Assembly: GCA_963706575.1 (NCBI GenBank)
Contig: CAVPNL010000015.1
Span: forward strand, 224,001 to 288,000
DNA from: an uncultured delta proteobacterium
GTDB lineage: Bacteria; Desulfobacterota; Desulfobacteria; Desulfobacterales; JAHEIW01
DNA length: 64,000 bases
Reading direction: 5' to 3'
Part shown: piece by piece, positions 1 through 8,279 of the stretch
Layout of the letters: each line of letters begins with the position of its first letter
How positions within the stretch are numbered: position 1 is the first letter of the stretch
The notes under the pieces: generated by a model
What the model saw: only the letters and a program-made list of their open reading frames with translations
What the model was told of the DNA's origin: nothing
Databases searched by the model: none
Made by a program: the position numbers and the translations under genes

Positions 1-71
1 TTTAACGTTAATCTGATTATGTTATCCTTAATTCCGGCAAATTTTACCGCTTATTAAACCTGAATCTTGCA

Positions 72-168
72 CGAGTCGGAGGCTTTCATATGCAAGGCAC
101 TTAAGGGCGCAGCCATAGTAAACTATTGCAAGCCCTTAATAACGCAGCAGATGGAAGACTCCGGCTCG
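72..168. repeat. Long imperfect palindrome (AAGGC...AACGCAG bulged-hairpin type)
   Basis: CGAGTCGGAG(72-81)/CTCCGGCTCG(159-168) arms, inner TTAAGGGC/GCCCTTAA and ATAGT/ACTAT stems; same architecture as 4571-4714. Confidence 0.7.
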
Positions 169-342
169 CCCATCGGGTGAAAATTAATGACATAAAATGA
201 TTTTTATCCATTATAATTGGTTAGGATTTTGGTTTGTTTCAGAAGATTGTTTAACTTGTTGTTATTAAATGTAATTTTAATTTCTCATTAATTTTCATGC
301 ACGATACAGGTTGAATATATTTTCTCATAGGATGGGAAAAAG

Positions 343-1137
343 ATGGAATGGCTTGAAGAAAAAAAGCGCCAGGCGCAAATTAACAACATCCCCAAAAATG
401 CCGAGAAGGCCTACTTCGGTTATGAGCGCATTAACACCGTGGATAAAACCGATCGGGTTTTACAGCATTTTAGCTCTGTCGCCCGTCATTATGATTTTAT
501 GAATACCCTGTTAAGTTTCGGTATTCATTACGCCTGGAAGCGTACCGCCGTCAGAATGTTAAAATTGGCTCCCGGAGACCGCATACTGGACGTGTGCGGC
601 GGAACCGGTGACCTGGCAATTCTGGCCGCCAGAGTGATCGGTCCGGCGGGCCGCGTGGTTATTTACGATATCAACCGCGCTATGATCCAGGCCGGCATAC
701 ATAAAGTGATCGACACCAAAATTAAAGATCGCCTGGGGTATATACAGGGAAACGCCGAGTCCATTTCTTTTCCCGACTGTCATTTTGATACCGCAATGGT
801 GGGATTCGGTATCCGCAATGTCACCCATATGAAAAAGGGATTTGAAGAAATGTACCGCGTGTTAAAGCCCGGTGGGAAAATGATGTGCCTGGAGTTTTCC
901 AAACCGATCTGGCCGGTTTTTCGCTGGCTATATGATTTTTACTCATTTTATATCATGCCGTTTCTGGGCCAGCTGATTGCCGGCAACCGGAAAGCTTACA
1001 CGCATCTGCCGGAATCCATTCGTATGTTTCCGCTGCCGGATGAATTGTCAGAAATACTCAAAAAAATCGGTTTTTCGCAGGTAACCTACCGCAGCCTGAC
1101 CAACGGAATCGCCGTCATTCATCTGGCAGTCAAGTAA
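343..1137 (+). CDS. ubiE: UbiE/MenG quinone C-methyltransferase
   Basis: FSSVARHYDFMNTLLSFGIH-x-W, LDVCGGTGD SAM motif, GFGIRNV, EMYRVLKPGG, AYTHLPESI. Confidence 0.9.
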   Translation: MEWLEEKKRQAQINNIPKNAEKAYFGYERINTVDKTDRVLQHFSSVARHYDFMNTLLSFGIHYAWKRTAVRMLKLAPGDRILDVCGGTGDLAILAARVIGPAGRVVIYDINRAMIQAGIHKVIDTKIKDRLGYIQGNAESISFPDCHFDTAMVGFGIRNVTHMKKGFEEMYRVLKPGGKMMCLEFSKPIWPVFRWLYDFYSFYIMPFLGQLIAGNRKAYTHLPESIRMFPLPDELSEILKKIGFSQVTYRSLTNGIAVIHLAVK

Positions 1138-1159
1138 GCGAGGTTTTCAACCAAGGCGA

Positions 1160-1223
1160 ATCGCGGCCGGAGGCCGCTCCCACAGGCGAATGAGAGGCTG
1201 TGGGAGCGGCCTCCGGCCGCGAT
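1160..1223. repeat. REP doublet (REPIN-like)
   Basis: Perfect 26-bp inverted arms ATCGCGGCCGGAGGCCGCTCCCACAG (1160-1185) and its reverse complement (1198-1223); each arm has an internal GCGGCC-GGA-GGCCGC hairpin. Confidence 0.85.
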
Positions 1224-1252
1224 CGAATAAAAAACCGAGAGAACTGAAAAGA

Positions 1253-1903
1253 ATGAAACTGAGCTTCTCCGAACGCTGGTTTGTAAACAGCCCGGCAAGA
1301 CGAATCGGGCAGCATCTGGTGATGCAGTGGTTTAAAAGAACGGTGGCTTTAAAGGCCGGTACCACAATATTAGAAGTGGGTTGCGGCCGCGGTGTCGGCG
1401 CCAAACTCATTTACGAAACCTACCAGCCCGCCCAGCTTCATCTTCTGGATTTAGACATTCGAATGATCAAAAAAGCCGCCCGGCGGTTAAACGGCGAAAA
1501 TGAAAAGCCCATCTCTTTTTGTGCCGGAGATGCCGCCAGACTACCGATAAGAGATGATTCTTTAGACGCGGTCTTCGGTTTTGGGTTTTTGCATCACGTT
1601 TCGGCCTGGCGGGATGGCCTGGCTGAAGTCGCCCGGGTGCTGAGACGCGGCGGGGTCTATTTCATGGAAGAATATTACCCCAGCCTTTATCAAAATTTTA
1701 TTACCAAGCATATCCTGGTCCACCCGGAGGTTGATCGCTTTAACAGCCAGGATTTACATCAGGCATTTCAAAATGCCAGCCTGACCTTAACGCATACCTT
1801 TGAATTAAAACGCATGGGAATCCTGGGCGTGGGCGTCAAGGCTGACAGCCGGTCCATCTCCTGCAAGCAACATGAAGATGCCTGTCAGGTGGTCTTAGAC
1901 TGA
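1253..1903 (+). CDS. Class I SAM-dependent methyltransferase
   Basis: LEVGCGRG motif, GDAARLP, LHHV, RVLRRGG; start moved to ATG 1253 because the upstream extension lies in the REP doublet. Confidence 0.85.
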   Translation: MKLSFSERWFVNSPARRIGQHLVMQWFKRTVALKAGTTILEVGCGRGVGAKLIYETYQPAQLHLLDLDIRMIKKAARRLNGENEKPISFCAGDAARLPIRDDSLDAVFGFGFLHHVSAWRDGLAEVARVLRRGGVYFMEEYYPSLYQNFITKHILVHPEVDRFNSQDLHQAFQNASLTLTHTFELKRMGILGVGVKADSRSISCKQHEDACQVVLD

Positions 1904-1982
1904 GCATATGCCGGATGCCTGCTCAATGCCCAGAACCCTGTGATGCTTATTTCATATCTGCAAAATTGGTAGGGAGGAAATT

Positions 1983-3491
1983 ATGATTATCGGCAGACTG
2001 CTCAATAGACACGCAAAATTTCGCCGCAAACATCCGGCACTTATTTTCGGCGACGAACGACTCACCTTTGGATCTTTGAATTCCCGTGTCAACCAATTGG
2101 CCAACGGTTTCTTAAAATTGGGTATAAAAAAAGGAGACAAAGTCGCGACCGTTTTAAATAATTGCGTTGAACTTCTGGAAGTTTTTTGGGCAACTGTCAA
2201 AATCGGTGCGGTCGCTGTTCCGCTAAGTCCACTTCTTCGCGGAAAGGGTCTTTCGAGCCTGATTCGGGATTCGGATGCGGTTTTGGTCATTACCGAGTCC
2301 GAGGCTGCAGAAATTTTAAACGCCGTAAAGCCGGATCTGTCCCATATTCCTTCGGAGCGTTATTATACCGTTTCCGGTGAGCATCCCGGTTACATGGATT
2401 ATCAGACCCTCAAAGTCGGTTCGAAAGACATCGAACCGGAGGAAATAGAAATTCTTCCGGATGATCCAGTCAACATCATTTACAGCAGCGGCACCACCGG
2501 ACTGCCCAAGGGAATCGTCCATACCCACTATATTCGAGGACTCTACTGTTCGACCTTTGCCTCGTCGTGGCGCATGAGCCCCGAGTCTATCTGTTTGCAC
2601 ACGGGCTCGGTCATCTTCAACGGTGCGTTCATGCTTATGATGCCCGCTATGTACCTCGGTTCAACTTTCATTTTTGGACGTCACTTAGACGGCCCACAGC
2701 TTGTCGAAATTGTTGAAAAAGAAAAGATAACTCATGTTACAACTGTTCCAGCCCAAATGATTGCCATGCTCAATGCACCTAATTTTTCTGCTAAAGCCCT
2801 GTCTTCAATAGAAGCGATTTGCTGCATGGGCGCCCCGCTCCATAAAAAGCACAAGGAAATGTGGGATCGGCGATTGCCCGGCACTTTTTACGAAGCCTAT
2901 GGATTAACGGAAGGATTTTTTACCGTTCTGGACAAATACGATTATGAAAAAAAGCCTGATTCCGTTGGATGCCCAACACCTTTTTCGGATATTAGAATTG
3001 TTGATGATCAGGGGCAAGAAATGCCGGCCGGGGAAGTGGGCGAAATCATCGGTCGTGGTCCTCTCGCAATGGCGGGCTATTATAAACAGCCGGAGCTTAC
3101 CAGCCAAACCATTATAAATGGATGGATCTACAGCGGTGACTTAGGCTTCACGGATGATGAGGGTTACCTGCATCTAGTGGATCGAAAGAAGGACATGATC
3201 ATTTCCGGTGGTATCAACGTCTATCCAAGAGATATTGAAGAAGTTATTATTCAGCATCCGTCTGTTCGAGAGGTTGCGGTATATGGCGTTGCCAGCGAAA
3301 AATGGGGGGAAACACCGGTAGCGGCAGTGATTTTGCAGCAGGAAGCGACAGCCGCCCCCCGAGAACTCCTGCAATGGGTTAACGAGCGCGTAGAGGCGCG
3401 TTTTCAGAAAGTAAAAGAAGTCGTCATAGTCGATGAATTCCCGAGGACCGCAACCGGCAAAGTTCTCAAACGGACCCTGCGCGATATGTAA
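1983..3491 (+). CDS. AMP-dependent acyl-CoA synthetase (class I adenylate-forming)
   Basis: YSSGTTGLPKG, YGLTE, SGDLG, DRKKDMIISGGINVYP, PRTATGKV motifs. Confidence 0.9.
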   Translation: MIIGRLLNRHAKFRRKHPALIFGDERLTFGSLNSRVNQLANGFLKLGIKKGDKVATVLNNCVELLEVFWATVKIGAVAVPLSPLLRGKGLSSLIRDSDAVLVITESEAAEILNAVKPDLSHIPSERYYTVSGEHPGYMDYQTLKVGSKDIEPEEIEILPDDPVNIIYSSGTTGLPKGIVHTHYIRGLYCSTFASSWRMSPESICLHTGSVIFNGAFMLMMPAMYLGSTFIFGRHLDGPQLVEIVEKEKITHVTTVPAQMIAMLNAPNFSAKALSSIEAICCMGAPLHKKHKEMWDRRLPGTFYEAYGLTEGFFTVLDKYDYEKKPDSVGCPTPFSDIRIVDDQGQEMPAGEVGEIIGRGPLAMAGYYKQPELTSQTIINGWIYSGDLGFTDDEGYLHLVDRKKDMIISGGINVYPRDIEEVIIQHPSVREVAVYGVASEKWGETPVAAVILQQEATAAPRELLQWVNERVEARFQKVKEVVIVDEFPRTATGKVLKRTLRDM

Positions 3492-3717
3492 TGGAAATAC
3501 TTCGTCTATCTGTACTATTGGTATTTTTCAGGTATTCTCAATGTATCTATATTTTGATGTATCGGGTATCGGTGATTTATGGTAGATGTAATTTGCGCTC
3601 AGCAGAGTTTTTAGGAAATTAGAAGGTCACAAATTTTTTGCTATATAAAATCTATGATATTGAATATCGTAGATTCCGCCTACTCTATGTTAGATTTTTG
3701 AAGAAGAAATAAATCAA

Positions 3718-4023
3718 ATGAAAATCTCAGACTGGCTAGATGAAAAAGAAGCAGAAAACGTGGATGTATCTCAAATTGAATTGCCCAAAGATATTTCTTT
3801 TGATGCTGTCCCAGATGAAACTCTTTATTTCAAAGAAGATAATCCTTGTGGGTTTCTCTGTACAGATGACCATCCCTTTTCTAAGGTCGAACGATTTGGG
3901 CATTGGTTTTTAAGCAAAGGTCAAGACAGGCAAGCAGGTATTCATTCATCAAAGATGAAGTGGCGCTTGTTTACAAGGGACAAAGCGCTAGCTCTCAAAA
4001 CGGCTAAAGAACACATAGAATAA
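3718..4023 (+). CDS. Hypothetical protein (cassette ORF, 101 aa)
   Basis: AT-rich ORF with ATG, filling the space between the putative cassette boundaries; no recognised motif. Confidence 0.7.
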   Translation: MKISDWLDEKEAENVDVSQIELPKDISFDAVPDETLYFKEDNPCGFLCTDDHPFSKVERFGHWFLSKGQDRQAGIHSSKMKWRLFTRDKALALKTAKEHIE

Positions 4024-4038
4024 AAATGCGAATAAGAA

Positions 4039-4086
4039 TTCTAACCAGTTAATCCAGCAGGTGCTACCCCTCCGCTGATTAATCTG
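4039..4086 (+). other. attC-like recombination site (R' represented only by the G)
   Basis: R''(4039-4045)-5nt-L''(4051-4058, one extra C versus L')-loop-L'(4074-4080)-5nt-G4086. Confidence 0.65.
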
Positions 4087-4296
4087 ATCATTCTCGATAC
4101 CTCCAACATATCAACGGTTTTGGATCATCAAAATTGCTGTGATATTCGATTTTAATCACAACTCAGAGAGGGTAAATCCGAACCTGTGGATTTGCCCTTT
4201 TTGATAGGGAAACTGAATGGGGTAGCAGTCATGAAAGTATGCATCTCTTTCTGATAAATTCAGTTATGCTTGTCCAGTGATAAAATAAATCCTTGC

Positions 4297-4366
4297 CAGT
4301 TCATGGCGGAAAACGACGACTCATGACTCCAGAGGGACAGTTCATGGCGGAAAACGACATCTCATG
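4297..4366. repeat. Two-copy direct repeat, 29-bp unit, 41-bp period
   Basis: CAGTTCATGGCGGAAAACGACGACTCATG (4297-4325) and CAGTTCATGGCGGAAAACGACATCTCATG (4338-4366). Confidence 0.85.
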
Positions 4367-4570
4367 TGGAGCTTAGCAGCAACATAAGACAAAACAATTC
4401 TTTAAATTTTAAAATAAAACCCATAAACAGGCGCGAGAATAATTTGAAAAGACCAAACCGGCTTTTAGGGCTTTAGATCTTGTTCGAGGGCTCCCGCCAA
4501 AAGCGGGATTTCACGTCTTGATTTAATATATTAAGGTGTTCAAAAGGCGCGAAAATAATTTGACAATACT

Positions 4571-4714
4571 AAAATCGTTTCTGAACGCTTAGATTTTGGT
4601 TCAGGGTAAGGCGTCCCGTGAATTGAAAACGGAGCGTACACGGAGTACGTGAGTATTTCAATTCGCGGGACAACGCAGCCCTGTGCCAAAAGATGAGCGT
4701 TCAGAAACGATTTT
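4571..4714. repeat. 144-bp palindromic MITE-like element
   Basis: Perfect 19-bp terminal IR AAAATCGTTTCTGAACGCT; inner TCCCGTGAATTGAAA/TTTCAATTCGCGGGA and CGTAC/GTACG stems; abuts the stop codon of the downstream-facing gene. Confidence 0.8.
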
Positions 4715-5433
4715 CAGTGTTTTTCCACGGGGAAGGTTAGGAAGGCCCCAAACCAACCAATAACGACCACGATCGGAAACAGAGATAAAACAAGCAGCAA
4801 ATAAATAAGATTGGCTCCCTGGATGGATTCCATCACCTGCGGTACCTTCAAACGCCAGATGAAGGCAATAATCTGGACTGCCAGCAGAATCAACGCGAAC
4901 GTTAACTTTATGTTCACCGCCCGAAGCGGTTTGGCCATGTAGTTAAGCCACCAGGTGTATAATCCGGTAACAATGGCAACGACCGTAAATAATATGCCGG
5001 CGCCCAGACTATGCAGGGCGGTGACCTCCAGTGATTTAATACCGAAAATCAGGTACAGGATAGTGAAAATCGTTGTGGAAAACGAAAACACAATGGGAAA
5101 GTGCACGGTCATGGGATGGGGATGACGCCTGAGCATGGGAACTTTTTCCAACAGCCAGGCCAATGAGCGGGGAATCTCTAACTCAGCAACGTCTGCCGCC
5201 TCTTTTTTAAGCGTACCGACCTGTGGAAATCTTTCCAATACATCGTGTTCATGCGGCGCCCCCTGAATATCGACTGTCATATCCCGGCCCGCATGGTGGC
5301 GTTTCATGTGAAGCCCATTGCGCCATAGTTTGCTGTCGCTAATATCATATACTTTCCCTTTATAAGCAACATAGACGGGCCTTCCGTCGTTACCATCGAA
5401 TTTTTCCAGCTCGGCAATATCAAATTCCTGCAT
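4714..5433 (-). CDS. Cytochrome b5-like heme/steroid-binding domain fused to a DUF2231-like membrane domain
   Basis: FDGNDGRPVYVAYKGKVYDIS...WRNGLH...HHAGRD...APH; then HPMTVHFPI and 4 hydrophobic helices; GGAGG before ATG 5433. Confidence 0.8.
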   Translation of the reverse strand: MQEFDIAELEKFDGNDGRPVYVAYKGKVYDISDSKLWRNGLHMKRHHAGRDMTVDIQGAPHEHDVLERFPQVGTLKKEAADVAELEIPRSLAWLLEKVPMLRRHPHPMTVHFPIVFSFSTTIFTILYLIFGIKSLEVTALHSLGAGILFTVVAIVTGLYTWWLNYMAKPLRAVNIKLTFALILLAVQIIAFIWRLKVPQVMESIQGANLIYLLLVLSLFPIVVVIGWFGAFLTFPVEKH

Positions 5434-5458
5434 AAATGTCCTCCACATAAAGGTTGAC

Positions 5459-6415
5459 TCAAATTATCAGTTTGATGACGACAACAGCAAGAAGCGCCAG
5501 CGGATAATAACTGGCTTTGTTGAAAAGAATCAAAGCATGCGAACTTTCTTCGGATTGATATAACTTGATGGTCGGCATCAACAGAAAATAAAACCCCACA
5601 AAAGCAAAGGCAATTATAAATGGAAGCTCGAAAGTAATCGGGGATAAAATCAGCATGATGCCCGATAAAATAACTGTCAGAATAATGGAACCGAAAATAA
5701 TGACGTTGGCCTCTTCAATCCCGAAGCGAATAGGGACAGTGCGGGCCCCGAAACGGACATCTTCTTCTATATCGATCCAATCATTGGGAACATTCTGGCC
5801 GCCGATTTCCCAGAAGAAGATTAAAAAAAATAAAACAATCAGATAAGGTACAAATGGATTCGGATCGACGGCAAACACAGCAGCGATCGGGCCGGCGGCT
5901 TTAACGACTCCGCTGAGAAGCGTGCGCGAAGGGCTGATGTTCCACATTAAGCAATAGACGGTTTCAAGGATACAGCCGCCAACAAATATAAAAACACATA
6001 TCGGGTTTAACAGATAGGCGCCGATTAAGGCTAAAAGCGCCCAGGCCACTGACCAAACAAGTCCTTCTTTAAAGCTCAGGAGTCCGCGCGCCATCGGGTA
6101 GCGCACAAGCTTCGCATCGAGATCTTCACAATCCTCAATGCCCCGCAAATTTCCCTGTTGGACTTTCTTTTTATCGGAACGGTAGCCGACAACGTCATTG
6201 AGGGCATAAACTGCGGTATAGCCTGCAAAGACCGTAATCAGCCCCAGACCGATTATTTTAAATGAAGGGAAATGGCCCAGCCACAGCAGTGAAGCCAGGG
6301 CAGCGGTGCACATGTCCAGCAGCCCGTGGGGGGTTCTGGAGAGTGCCCAGAAAAGCTTCAGGCGGGCAATGCCTGTAAAATCATACTGGCACGAGGTTTC
6401 GGCCATCGACTTCAT
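5459..6415 (-). CDS. UbiA-family prenyltransferase
   Basis: Polytopic membrane protein with ALNDVVG..D and NDWIDIEED Asp-rich motifs, RYPMARG. Confidence 0.85.
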   Translation of the reverse strand: MKSMAETSCQYDFTGIARLKLFWALSRTPHGLLDMCTAALASLLWLGHFPSFKIIGLGLITVFAGYTAVYALNDVVGYRSDKKKVQQGNLRGIEDCEDLDAKLVRYPMARGLLSFKEGLVWSVAWALLALIGAYLLNPICVFIFVGGCILETVYCLMWNISPSRTLLSGVVKAAGPIAAVFAVDPNPFVPYLIVLFFLIFFWEIGGQNVPNDWIDIEEDVRFGARTVPIRFGIEEANVIIFGSIILTVILSGIMLILSPITFELPFIIAFAFVGFYFLLMPTIKLYQSEESSHALILFNKASYYPLALLAVVVIKLII

Positions 6416-6423
6416 CCTTGCAG

Positions 6424-6630
6424 TTATTCTTTCAGCTTGCAGTCTTCATCCCATTCCGGGCAGGCAGACTTCATTTCAGCCTTATATTGTTCCATACATT
6501 CACCGCATTCCATGTCAAAATTAGGAACATCACCATATTTTTCTTTGATCTCCTGGGGTGACAGTACGGTTAGCTCGGTACATCCGCATTGCGGACAGGC
6601 GGTTTTAATCCGGTAATTCTCTCTGGCCAT
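6424..6630 (-). CDS. Small Cys-rich protein (CPQCGC, CGEC, CPEWDEDC)
   Basis: AGGAG SD before ATG 6630; 68 aa with 7 Cys, in operon order between fumC and ubiA. Confidence 0.7.
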   Translation of the reverse strand: MARENYRIKTACPQCGCTELTVLSPQEIKEKYGDVPNFDMECGECMEQYKAEMKSACPEWDEDCKLKE

Positions 6631-6686
6631 ATGGTTTCTCCTTTTTCTTAAAATGGCAAAATCTTTTTTTATAGCAATATTAAGTA

Positions 6687-8069
6687 TTATTCGAATTGGC
6701 CCTTCAGCCATTCGTCGAATTCTTTTTCACTTAGAATCTTTTCTTCAAGTAAAACTTCCCGAATCGTTTTGCCGGATTTATGGGCCTTTTTGGACACCGC
6801 AGCGGCCTTATCGTATCCGATTTTTGGAACCAATCCGGTGGCCAGCGCCAGGCTTTTCTCGATGTAGCCCTTACAGGTATCGACGTTGGCGCTTATGCCG
6901 TCAATACATTTCTTGGCAAAGGTATCAGCCGCTGACGCCAGCAGGTCAATGGATTGTAAGAGATTGTAAGCCATTACCGGCAGCATCACGTTAAGCTCAA
7001 AATTGCCGGCCTGCCCCCCCATCATAACAGTGGTGTCATTGCCCATCACCTGGGCGGCTACCTGAATGACGGCTTCAGGAATCACCGGATTGATTTTGCC
7101 CGGCATAATCGAAGAGCCCGGTTGTAAAGATGGCAGGTTGATCTCGCCGATACCGCACCGGGGACCCGAAGCCAGCCAGCGAATATCATTTGCAATTTTA
7201 ACCAGGCTGACTGCCAGGGTCTTCAAATTCCCGCTGGCCTCTACGGCAGCATCCTGGGCTGCCTGGGCTTCGAAATGATTGGCCGCTTCCTGAAACGCGA
7301 TATTCGTTTCTGATGAAAGCAAAGTAATGACTCTGGCGGCAAATTCCGAATGCGTATTGGTACCGGTTCCCACCGCCGTGCCGCCCAGGGCCAGCTCGCA
7401 AAGCCGCTCTTCGGCAGCAGTTATTCGTTTAATACCCAGTTCGATCTGGCGGGCATAACCGGAAAATTCCTGGCCCAGCAGCATGGGAACCGCATCCTGC
7501 AAATGGGTCCGGCCTATCTTATGAATATTTACAAATTTTTGTGCCTTTTTGGATAGGGACTGCTGGAGCAAATTAAGGGAAGGAATCAGGTGATTCCGGA
7601 TGGACATCAGAGCGGCAATATGGATCACCGACGGAATTACATCATTGCTCGATTGGCCCAGATTGACATGGTCATTGGGATGCACCGGGGATTTGCCGCT
7701 CTTTTTCCCGCTTAAAATTTCATTGGCGCGGCAGGCAACCACCTCATTCATATTCATGTTGGTTGAGGTGCCGGAGCCGGTTTGAAACACATTGACCACG
7801 AACTGGTCGCCAAGCTGGCCGTCAACGATCTCCTGGGCCGCCGCCGCAATCGCATCGGCCAGTTTTGAATCCAGTAATCCCAGCTCCTGGTTTACCCGGG
7901 CAGCACACTTTTTGACCAGCGCCAGGGCATGAATAAAAGATGCCGGAAGCTTTAAATCACCAATGGGAAAGTTCTCGGCCGCGCGCTGAGTCTGGGGCCC
8001 GTAATAGGCGGTCTCCGGAACCAAAACGGTTCCCATGGTGTCTTTTTCTTTGCGATATTTCATGATCAT
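6687..8069 (-). CDS. fumC: Class II fumarate hydratase
   Basis: QTGSGTSTNMN, HPNDHVN.GQSSND, GRTHLQDA, GSSIMPGKINP signature. Confidence 0.95.
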   Translation of the reverse strand: MIMKYRKEKDTMGTVLVPETAYYGPQTQRAAENFPIGDLKLPASFIHALALVKKCAARVNQELGLLDSKLADAIAAAAQEIVDGQLGDQFVVNVFQTGSGTSTNMNMNEVVACRANEILSGKKSGKSPVHPNDHVNLGQSSNDVIPSVIHIAALMSIRNHLIPSLNLLQQSLSKKAQKFVNIHKIGRTHLQDAVPMLLGQEFSGYARQIELGIKRITAAEERLCELALGGTAVGTGTNTHSEFAARVITLLSSETNIAFQEAANHFEAQAAQDAAVEASGNLKTLAVSLVKIANDIRWLASGPRCGIGEINLPSLQPGSSIMPGKINPVIPEAVIQVAAQVMGNDTTVMMGGQAGNFELNVMLPVMAYNLLQSIDLLASAADTFAKKCIDGISANVDTCKGYIEKSLALATGLVPKIGYDKAAAVSKKAHKSGKTIREVLLEEKILSEKEFDEWLKGQFE

Positions 8070-8120
8070 TTTCCTTTTATCACAACCCCATTGCAGAAGG
8101 AATAGGTTTTTATTCTTTGA

Positions 8121-8200
8121 GGGTTCAGAGTTCAGAGGTTAAAAAGTTCAAGCGTTCTGTTAAGGAGCCTCTGAGCCTTTGAACGCTGAACCTTTGAACC
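8121..8200. repeat. Inverted array of short tandem repeats (GGTTCAG-like / TGAACC-like)
   Basis: GGTTCAGAGTTCAGAGGTT...TTTGAACGCTGAACCTTTGAACC. Confidence 0.65.
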
Positions 8201-8279
8201 AACCGACTGGCGGCTGCCTCCCCAAACAACAAAATTAAGACGGTAGGACGGCTTTGCAAGGTTAAGCGGCAAGCATCCA

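Larger units (their letters stand above)
3690..4086 (+). mobile_element. Solitary integron-type gene cassette at a non-canonical site
   Basis: 5' boundary G|TTAGAT (3689-3695), one short ORF, then attC-like R'' TTCTAAC, L'' AATCCAGC, L' GCTGATT and terminal G4086. Confidence 0.65.

Noticed and set aside
1190..1252. N-terminal extensions in the ORF track (1190, 12898, 29245)
   Set aside because: They translate repeat elements; downstream ATGs give more plausible starts
4297..4366. CRISPR array
   Set aside because: Only two repeats, a 12-bp spacer, and no cas genes in the window
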